From: Pocillopora damicornis
Taxonomy: Eukaryota
Direction of reading: 5' to 3'
Assembly (NCBI RefSeq): GCF_003704095.1
Contig: NW_020845948.1
Coordinates: 1-64,000, forward strand
DNA: 64,000 nucleotides
The notes beneath the pieces are model-generated. The model was not told the origin of the DNA, searched no databases, and was given only the letters and a program-made list of their open reading frames with translations. Positions 1-10,386 of this stretch are shown piece after piece; within the stretch, counting starts at the first letter, position 1, and the number at the start of each line of letters is the position of its first letter. A program made the position numbers and the translations under genes.

Positions 1-3000
1 GAACATCTAAATAAGTCAGCGAACAATTTGATCGAAGAGACTTTGCAATTGCTTTTATTCCTGAGTCACGAATCCAGTCAGTTTCTACGTCATCAAAGTC
101 AGACTTTGGGCGAAAGAAATCAGGTTTGTACAGCATTTCCATCATCATACCTACATCAAAATACTTCAAAGTAGAATTTGACTCAAAAGCTTTAGCAAAT
201 GCCACAGCACCTTGATCCCCGATCCAGTTATCTCTTATATCCAAATGCACCAACACGTTATTAAACTCGAGGCCTTTCGCGATAGCTTCTGCTCCAATAT
301 GACTTATAGCGTTACCAGGCAAACTCACATGTGTCAGAGTGCAATTCAGTCGAAGAACCTCTCCAAGTGCTTTAGCTCCCGCAATACGGATCCTGGCATT
401 GCGAAGGTTGAGATGCGTCAATGTGCGATTTGCTTGAAGAGCCGGTGTGAGTGACGTGCTGCGTAAGTCATCACACAAATGTAAGTAAGTCAGCGTATCA
501 CTTGATCGAAGGATGTGTTCAATGGTTGCTAATGCTACTTCATTTAACTCAGCAATCCAAAATAAACCTGTCAACTGGCAATGGACCTTAAGATATTCAG
601 AGAAAACTTGAAAATAACGACGGGCGAAGAACGAGCCATCATGAGTATGCCAATGGCTAACTGTTACTTTATCCAGCGGAAAGCAGCGTGCCAGTTCAGA
701 TGCCATTTTCTTCTGGTAATCCTTTAGCTCACCTTCAGGTTGTTCGCATTGAGCAATGACAAAAATTGTGTTAAAGACGACATCTTCCTCAATTCGTTTT
801 GACCATTCTATCAATCCTAATTTTGTAGGCCAGTCAAATGAATGGTCTCTGCAAACGTTAGCATCAAACCCGTAATCTTGACGGTTGTCAATGTCGACAT
901 CGGATGCTAAGTCAAGATCATCATCAAAGTCGTCATCAGAATCACAGTCGCCTGCATCAATTTCGTTGTCGTACTGGTAATCAGGATAACTGTCCGCCGA
1001 ATCATCTTCGTCATCGCTAGCTTCTTCCTCCGGTTCGTAGTAATAATGGAGGCTAAAGTGCTCTGGCAATTTGTTCTGGAATGAAGCACACAAACTTGAC
1101 ACCAAAAAAACAGCCACATCATCACTTTTCTTTGATACCATTGTGATCAGGAATTCCCACACCGGCCAGTACTTATCCGGAGGAGTGAGGTGAGTAAGCA
1201 AGGCAGCCTTGTCCTTACCACCAGTCAGCAGTTCATGGGCTACGTGAAATGCTGCGAAATATTCCTGAAAGGTCTTGTGGGTAAATGCATAACTTGGCTT
1301 CGGTCTGATTTTACTTGCACTGGCTTCTCGAGAAAGAAGACCGAAGTCTAGAAATTCAGTTGAATGACCTCGCAGCTTTTCTGTGGTAAAATACAACTGA
1401 TCTCTAACCAAGGCTTCAAGCGCCAACTCACCCAACCGATTCAGCTGCTCTGAACATACCTCGATTGGATCTGCGTTCACCAAAGGGATCCCCTTTTTTT
1501 GAAAATTTCTCATTAGGGCACATGAAACAATTTCATAATACAACGTGGTTTTATTGTAAGGGAGTTTTCCCTGCGCATCTTCACAAATTAGGCACAGAAG
1601 AGCAGTGTTAAGTGGATTGGCAGTTAATTCCCTTAGCTGAGGATTCTTCCTTAAATTCTTAATGAGTTTCTTCGCAAGACTTGGATCATCGTGATCTCTG
1701 AAGTACTTCTCAATGTAGGTGTCAGCATCCTCCTCGGTGTAACCAACAACCTCAAGAAGCGTATCACATTCACGTCGCACCTTCATTCCTAATTCATGGC
1801 GGGCTGTTAGCATGAGGTAAGTACTAGGAAAGATTCTCCCTTGAATCAAAGGTAACAATCCTTCATATACAGTCTCACTTAATTCATCCAGTCCGTCAAG
1901 AACCAGTAGGATCCTGGATTGATTTTGGCGGATAAAACGGAAGAAGTTTTCCTTCTCCTTCTCTTCGGCATCAAGTGGCAACAGCTGATCATCAATAGCT
2001 TCTTCAATGTCAGCAGTCTTCATGTCTCGGCACTTCAACAGAAGTAGCATCTTCACTTTAGGAAAACGGGCCTCGGCTGATATACTCTCCACAGACCAAT
2101 CATATGCAAGCTTCTGACAGCAAGTGGTTTTTCCTATTCCAGGTTCCCCTTCAATCAGCACCACTCTGGGCTCTTTACATTCTTCATGTGATCGAAACGC
2201 ATCTGTCATTGGGACGATTTCGTCTGTCCTTCTGGCTCGTTCTTTCTTCTTTTCAACTATCTTCAGTCTTGTAAAAACCTTGGAAAGTTGCAGTTGTAGT
2301 TCATCTTCACACCAAGGAAAGGGACACAGTACAGCACCTTTGTATTTTCGTTTAATGAGCTCTACAAATTTCTGTGGAAAGACTGGGAAAACAATAGACA
2401 ACTACTGCTTAGTAAAAGTCAATCACCTTCTACACCACACCGAGGTAAAAAGCAAATATGTACCGTTGACACAAAACAAGCAAGTCACGAGCGATTACGT
2501 TCTAATACGGAAATTCTTTAAAAGAATTAAGACTTCAAAATAATGAAGTCAATGAAATTGTTAGGTTAAAGACTTCAGTATCAATATAAATAATACCTTT
2601 TATGTTTGTCAATGATATTTTCAGTAGGCAAGCATGCAATTTCACAGTTTCACTTTAAATAAAGAAAGGCAATAAAAATTATTTAATTCAGTCAAAAATA
2701 CAGGTGTGGCATGTCAGTTTTTATCATAGGCATCTTGACATCCAAGGAAATGAAATGAAAAAGGAAAAGTGTGGATACAAGAAGACCAAGATAATTTATT
2801 CTTTTCTCATAAACAAAAAGATGATTTCTCAACAAAACAATCATGTACCCATCCTGATGACACTGTTAGACTTCTATGATGGACCAAATACTCTCAATTA
2901 AGACAGTAAGAATAATGATTGTACTTATTGTGGATAACCTACCAGCTGTCTCTGGACTTTCCTGGCATGATCTTTTTAAATCTGCTTCTTTTGATTTAAA

Positions 3001-6000
3001 CAAGTCATCCATTTGTTCTGTATTAAGGAAGAAAATAAGCTTGTTCATATTTATTACAATATAAGCATTCAGAGGTCACTCAACTCAAACCAGTATCAAT
3101 TAAAGAAGCAGTAGTTTATTTACTTAATTCTTTCCTGGACATTTGATTAGTTAAGGTATTGAGCACTCAATGTTTTTGTTTTGTTGTCAGGAAAGGAAGA
3201 AATGGAAGACCTGTTTGTTTTAAATCTAAAAATTCACCTTGCAGTTGGTGAATATTATCTTCAATATGGAAAGTGTGACTCTCTGTGGTCTGCTGACCAC
3301 TCTCAAGTTTCTCCATTCTCTCTTGTATGTGCCCTACAACACCAAGAAAATGTCAAAAGATGAGGAAAAGAGAATAGTAGTCCAGATTAAAACATTAAAT
3401 CTTAAAAACTAGAAAGCTTCAATTCCATGTAACCCCTCATTCATAAACAATAAATACCAGTAATTTTGTTTTTAACAGAGTTGATAAAGCAATTATCAGA
3501 TGAGTTTGAGCATGATGAATTACTATTCATCAATAAACTGTTTTTGAAAAGATACAAATTCATAAGCTGACAAGTAAACCAAGAGAAAGTACATTTGATT
3601 GTTACATCCAGTTGATTACACATGGTTTTGTTTTATGCATAAATAAGAAATATCCAATATTAAAAACCCTTAATTGAGGACTCTGCTTGCATTGATTTGT
3701 TGTTTTTGAAAATTCTTCCATTCTTAATTTAAAACTCTTCAGTGCAATAACATATTCATAATTTAATCACAATTGGATCAACTCATTTCATTTCATATTT
3801 AGATTATTTAAAAGCACCTTCTATTTTATCCAGTCTGCTGTCAGTTTGATCAACATGGCTCTCCAGATTCCGTTGTCCTATCTCTAACCTCTGAAGTCTC
3901 TTTTCCATATAATTCAAGGTAACTGCAATACTTCGCAGCTCATGTTGAATCTTAGTCTTCTTTTGGTTTAATTCTAAGCACATGTTATCCACCACATCTT
4001 GAAGTGACTTAAGCTCCTGCTGAACCACTTGTAGCAATGCAGGGTCTACCGGAGAATTCATGCAAAGATGTACTCCTACAGCAAAATTAATAAATGCAAA
4101 GAGGACCGGGCAGTCTAAGTAAATTAAAACTAAAATGGTACACTTATACCTCATGCTGACATTTAAAGACAATTGTAAAGCATTATGCCATATATAAAAT
4201 GAAACACACCAAATTTATTGGTGCAGAGGAAGACATTTAATACATACATGTTAGGAGCACATTACTGTCATCACTTTCACTGTATTGTTTTGGTACGCTT
4301 AACAGTGTAAACAATTGGAGATTAATGTAAGTGTAAACACTGGAGATTAATGGTCCTTAACAGGGCAAGAATGACAAAATCATTTTGAATAACTGATGAA
4401 TTGCCAGTGGTAAAATAAAGAATATTGATTGATTGATATTGATTGATCTATAACAATCCTGTGACACCCTTTTCCCAACTCAGAACGCTGAATAGTAACA
4501 AAGATATCATGAAATACAAATGTATTAAATATATGTCTGCCTCCAAATACTGAAAAATAGGTTCTTTATTTCCAGCCCAATATCTGGATGGAAAGTCCAC
4601 CAAAAAGGATATTATCAGTTCCTAAGTCAGTTCCATCAATATATCAGACAATGACCTGCTCAACATTAGCCACAAAAAAAATTTACTAAGTGAATGCAAA
4701 ATTTCATTTTTCTATCATTTCTTGACTGTCAAGTGAAAACATATCAGAGTTTAGACACAGAGATAATACCACAATCTGCCATAAATCATGAACAGTCCAC
4801 AATGCACCTCCCTCTTAAACCTTAAAAAACAGAGTTTACATAAAAAATATCTTCTGTCAATATATAAAGATAATTAACAGATTACCTTTTGTTTCCCAGT
4901 CTTTTAGTTCTACAAGAAGCTCTCTTTCATTTACAGAAGGCAGGGCCATGTTCTTGATCAGTTGTTCCATATCAGTGAAACTTTTCTGAAATTTGACTGG
5001 ATTCCATTTTCCAAAGGCACAGTGAGCCCAATCATTCCTTGCTATTCTGACATCACCTGCAGAGCTTGCAGCAGTAAAGAATATAGGAACCCCACCAAGC
5101 AAAGACAACACAGCTGATGCATCACAGTGATCATCAAAGGCAGTGAACTTCGCCATGTACCCCTGGACATACAGCTTGGCAAAGTCCACATGGGACTTTA
5201 CCTGACAATCAAATGAAGAATAATTGAATTTTCCACCATGAAGCTTTGGACGAGAAACATTTCCATTGATGTTCTCATATTTCAACAAGTTTTTGGAGGA
5301 GGCAGGCCACCTCTGAAGACGACCATGTGGGCCCTGAACATGTATTCTGTGGCTGATCTTTAGGTTGTTGTACTCAACATTGACTCCTTTTTCTACAAAT
5401 GGACGTATCTGTGGTATAAGGATCTTGTTGAGTGCAATTCCTACCACAAGCCATCGTTTCTGATCATCAGTCACAGTAAGGTAGCTTGAACTGAGGATAA
5501 CATGAGTAAACTAATTAGCAAGCTGGCTTCCACTTCTGAAAAATCGAAGTAGAATTGTACTTTTATGGAGAAAACTGTCTCTCTTTATTTACTGAAAATT
5601 CAGTGGTTAGTGTCCTTGTTTGCTACAAAAGGAATGGTTTACTTATTGACTGTTGATTGCATCTCCGCTGGTTTTCAGCAATTAATTAAAAGAGCTCTAA
5701 AATTTAAAATTTCACATAGTTGGCTGAAAGTAAGCCTGTAAGTAAGATGAGTGTGGTTGGCTCTCTGAACTATGGTTGAGTTTGCAGTCTGAAAACTGCA
5801 ATTTCATTTCATATTCCTGATTAGTATCTCGATAAATAGTTTCATTTATTACCCATCGTCCAGTCATTATAGATAAACAACTCCATGTCAGGGAGTAAAT
5901 TCTGACCGGCTACTCTTGTGCTCTAATAAACCCCAGCTCTTGGACATACTAAATCCCTTCTAGATTACAAGCTTCTGGTAACTGACAGAAACACAATGCC

Positions 6001-6670
6001 ATTTCCTTGTATCAAGCTTTTATGAATAATTATACTCATAGGAATCAACAAAAAAATCAAAATAAATTTCAAACTCACAATAAACTTTTTAAGACATGTT
6101 TGGGCATGACCCATGCCATAATCAGTGTATTGTATTATATCTGTTTTTACACACTACATTAAAATTACATTGTCAATTTAAATCCAATGGCAAGAAATGA
6201 AATCACAGTACTATTCCTGACCAATAGTTAAACAAGACATGTGAAAGTGTAAGATTTGAAAGGTTCATCTATGCTAATTAATTATAGCTGTTATGTTGTA
6301 TTTGAAATTCAGTTCAGGTTGCAACTAGCCAAAGTTCAATGCCTTCATTAATTTAAAGCAACTTGCCATTTTTCCACTAGGGTGAAAGAACTTCTATTGA
6401 CAAAAGCACTAGTGAACATTTGCTAGTTGAAAGCAAAAATGTAGGGCTGAGTACTTTAACACTCTAGACTCGTGCAGCTAGAATTGCTTAATTTTAATTT
6501 TTTTACAGTGACAATTTCAACTTCACGCATGTACAGCCACAACATGTTTCTTAGCAACTTAAAATGATCGCTGATAATTTTGAGTCTAGTGCATGACCAT
6601 GCACTGACACCAGTTAAACGCAAAGTGAGTGATAATGTAGAACTTACCCTGTTGAGGAAGCTGTTGCCAT
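1..6670 (-). CDS. NLR copy A: DUF4559/HEPN-like domain + coiled coil + NACHT + LRR; 3' end runs off the window
   Basis: Exons 6648-6670 (MATASSTG), 4886-5490, 3818-4075, 3238-3333, 2943-3017 and <1-2382, all GT-AG and phase-consistent. Walker A GEPGIGKTT, Walker B LLVLDGLDE, LTARH, NPL and FTHKTFQEYFAA are present. LRR GIKAIAKSLRSNCSLTYLDV at the window edge is in the same frame. Confidence 0.9.
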
Positions 6671-7408
6671 TCCCTGAGTTTTATGGGGATATGTTAGTTC
6701 ACCACCCCACTAACCATCTTCATCGATACCTGAAGGACAAAAAACCGAGCCATCAATAAAGAAAAATAAGTTACTGAAAACTATTTCGATCTTAGAACCT
6801 GGAGCTCAAAAAGATAGCCAATTGTGAAAATACCGAAACCTTAAAAATTACACATATATAGTAGTTTTAATCTTTTTATAAAAAAAAAACATAATTTAAT
6901 AGCTGTATGACGCCAGTTGAGAAGCACAAGTAGTACATTTCGCCACAACATGAATTACACAGAAGCGAAGTACTTCCGGGTACTAATTGAAATTTACGAA
7001 AATAATACTTTCAGTTTTGAGCATAGATTAAACTCCCTAAACGGGCATCGTAAAGTTCTGAGACTGCCAAATGATATACAGTACCATTCGTTATAATATA
7101 CATTCGACAAAGCAGCTATATTCAAGTGTGAAGATAGTGAAAGGAGCAGATAGAGCGATAATCAGTTCAGCGACTCCTTGCCACTGCCGACCATGCGCGC
7201 ACACACAAATATCAGTTCAGTAAGACACTCAGTGAACGATAAATCGTTCTGTGCACAATAAAAAATGGATTAAAAGAAGAATTTTTGGGTTACCTTACGA
7301 AGAAAATGTTGATAGAGGGCTCAAAAATGTATCAGCAAGGGGAAATTTGCCTTAGGAGAGCCTTCCTCCGTCGACAGAAAGAGTTAAGTCATGTGACTAA
7401 CTTAAAAA

Positions 7409-7867
7409 NNNNNNNNNNNNNNNNNNNNNNNNNNNNNNNNNNNNNNNNNNNNNNNNNNNNNNNNNNNNNNNNNNNNNNNNNNNNNNNNNNNNNNNNNNNN
7501 NNNNNNNNNNNNNNNNNNNNNNNNNNNNNNNNNNNNNNNNNNNNNNNNNNNNNNNNNNNNNNNNNNNNNNNNNNNNNNNNNNNNNNNNNNNNNNNNNNNN
7601 NNNNNNNNNNNNNNNNNNNNNNNNNNNNNNNNNNNNNNNNNNNNNNNNNNNNNNNNNNNNNNNNNNNNNNNNNNNNNNNNNNNNNNNNNNNNNNNNNNNN
7701 NNNNNNNNNNNNNNNNNNNNNNNNNNNNNNNNNNNNNNNNNNNNNNNNNNNNNNNNNNNNNNNNNNNNNNNNNNNNNNNNNNNNNNNNNNNNNNNNNNNN
7801 NNNNNNNNNNNNNNNNNNNNNNNNNNNNNNNNNNNNNNNNNNNNNNNNNNNNNNNNNNNNNNNNNNN
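7409..7867. other. Assembly gap (N run)
   Basis: Run of N. Confidence 1.
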
Positions 7868-7997
7868 GTAATGTTAATGTCGTGAATGAGTCGTTTGTAT
7901 GGTGCCGGTAGTGGTTGACACATGTTAAGGGGAGTATGTTCCTAGTTAGTAAACCAGCTTTCTAGGGTCAGTCGTTGAAAGTAGTTGGTGCTGTAGG
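7868..7997 (-). mobile_element. Penelope-like element, GIY-YIG-side C-terminal fragment
   Basis: Minus-strand translation TNYFQRLTLESWFTN*EHTPLNMCQPLPAPYKRLIHD resembles the ORF end of Penelope-like elements. It contains an in-frame stop. Confidence 0.65.
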
Positions 7998-8097
7998 NNN
8001 NNNNNNNNNNNNNNNNNNNNNNNNNNNNNNNNNNNNNNNNNNNNNNNNNNNNNNNNNNNNNNNNNNNNNNNNNNNNNNNNNNNNNNNNNNNNNNNNN
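7998..8097. other. Assembly gap (100 N)
   Basis: Run of N. Confidence 1.
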
Positions 8098-8151
8098 CAG
8101 TTACACGGTACAGCTATGGGGTTTCCAGTTTCTGTTGTTGTAGCAGAAATT
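8098..8151 (+). mobile_element. Penelope-like reverse transcriptase fragment
   Basis: QLHGTAMGFPVSVVVAEI matches the Penelope RT motif QxxGxAMGSPxS. Confidence 0.75.
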
Positions 8152-8957
8152 CACAAACCTATCACATACAATGTATCTATTATTTTTTCTCTTCTGAGAT
8201 TTTAGTGCAAATTGGAGAAATGAGAGCTAGGGGAAGACTCACCTGTAACTAGAAGCTATCAATGAGAGGTATCTTAGGGCCAGTGGCTGTGTCATGAACA
8301 CTCCTCCAGGTTCTGGGTCATGAATGGGGAGAGTGAAACATGTGCAATCAAAAACCAGTTATTGCCAGAGGAAACACAGCCCCACCTCATCCAAATTGTG
8401 GTGACTCTTTTCTTTTCGCTTGCGTCAACTGAGAGCCGGAGACAGGCAAATTGTACTTAAAATCTTATGTGCGCTCGTGCATTGTATCTTCTAAACAAGA
8501 ATTCGACAGAATATCTCGAATCATACTCGCAATTGATGTTCGTTTTTTTCAGTGTAATTTACCTCAAATGTATGGGTGTGGCACACGGCCCTTACGAGGC
8601 CATTGGGGAGAGTGAACGACATTGCAAACATTCAATATCTAATTAACCATCCACCAAATGAGACAGCCTCAACGGCTAGAAATCTGGTGCTCCCTCTTTC
8701 CTCATTTTCGTTGTTTTTCTGCACACATTGCTTTTAACATTACCAATCCTAGCTGACTGCATAGCGATTGTCAGATATAAAACCTTTACTTTTTGTAACC
8801 CTTTATGGGTGGGGTGGAGGAAGGGGTTGCTAGCAGAATGCACTGCTCACACTACTCTTCCTTGTTACAGATAGTTTTAAGATAGAGAAAGTTTCCATTT
8901 ACTTCCTTTCCCCTCCTGATTATTGACGATATGTACTTACTGTGAATTGTGAACGAG

Positions 8958-9832
8958 TACCGTAATTTCCGTCCATTTACCCGCGCAGCAGATTACCCAC
9001 ATCGGTCAATTTTGCAATAACGAGGAAAGAATTTCAACAGATTACCCACACTAGCAGATAACCCCCACCCAGAAACAATCGAAAATCGTCGATTCACACA
9101 AAGTTCCTTTATTGTTCTTGTTGACATGATATCCTTTAGCATGCAATTAATAAATTTTCACACTTTTTGTCTTCGCCGTTTCATTGAGAATGATACCACT
9201 TGTAAAAATCTGTTCTCACAAAAAAATCGATGTCTCGAGATCTGAGTCGAAGAAATCGCTCGAAACGGGAAAATATTCTTTAACTCAAGGTAGTGCTAGC
9301 TGAGAAAATTTCACTTATGCGAAGGAAATTCTGTCGCGTCATTAATTATACGGCGCCACGAAATGAACATGTCACCATCATTTTCCGTGTGATTCGCTCC
9401 GAAGCCAGCTTTTTCACAATTAAATTCTTTTATTTTCAAGTTCACTTCCCGTGTTAGTGAGAATTGCTTTTTGTAATTAACAAAGAAACAAGCTGTGAAA
9501 TTGACAAGGTAAGAAAGTAAGAGTACAAACAAGATAAAAGATTTGTCATCGAGTTTTGTATGTTTTCGATTTACATCGGCTTTCATCGAGAGCATTAAAC
9601 TCTCTTATTAGAACGAGCAATCTACGCGAAGTAAATGAGTTATTACACAGGTTTCTTGAAGAGTATCTTTAGTGGATCTTATCATCTTTGTTTTTTTCCT
9701 GCTTATAGATTTAAAACTACACCGGAAGCTTTAAAAATTATCGTATTACCCGCACCTTCCTATAACCCGCACCAACACTGTTTGTGGAAAAATTAACAGA
9801 TTACCCGCGGGTAATCGACCGGAAATTAGGTG
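8958..9832. mobile_element. Non-autonomous DNA transposon (Tc1/mariner/pogo-like MITE)
   Basis: Imperfect terminal inverted repeats TACCGTAATTTCCGTCCATTTACCCGCG and CGCGGGTAATCGACCGGAAATTAGGT, with repeated subterminal ATTACCC/ATAACCC motifs. The element is absent from the paralogous segment near 20560. Confidence 0.75.
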
Positions 9833-10386
9833 GCAAACAGGAAGAAAAGAAAAATAAAACTTTCTATTACTTGCACACTCTAAGAAATTTAACTATAGAT
9901 AACTTCATATTTACAATTACATTTTATCTAATTGAACATGTATTTTTGAGGTAATTCTAAATCTATTGGAAAAAGTCCTGTAAAAGCTCCAGTGATTTGA
10001 AGGTTAGGCTTGCACAGGGTTAACCACACTTTATGGTCACAAAATGACAAAAAACACGGTTACTGGTGGAATAGCTCGTTTTAAGTTCATATTTGGAAAA
10101 GCATCACATAGAGACATCTTCTCATACATTTTAGGAAAGCCGCTCATTTTACAAATTAAAATAACATTTTTCCCGCGTCTACTAAACAGCGGAAAGCTCG
10201 CTAGTGTATGATGTTACGAAGAAACAACCCTTCGCTTGCCATCTAACTATTCATATGTGTCGGGAAGGACACTCCAAATATGACATTTGCTTTACTTCAA
10301 TAGATTAGTATGTCAGTCAGTGCTAAATCTTTCATGTACAACTACTTTTCTTTGCAAGGAAATAAAAAGCAAACACTCAAAAATCA

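Noticed and set aside
2124-2543. Plus-strand ORF similar to the one at 13040-13267
   Set aside because: Antisense shadow of the conserved NACHT exons.
7285-8205. ORFs of 208, 173 and 76 aa
   Set aside because: Artefacts of reading through N gaps.
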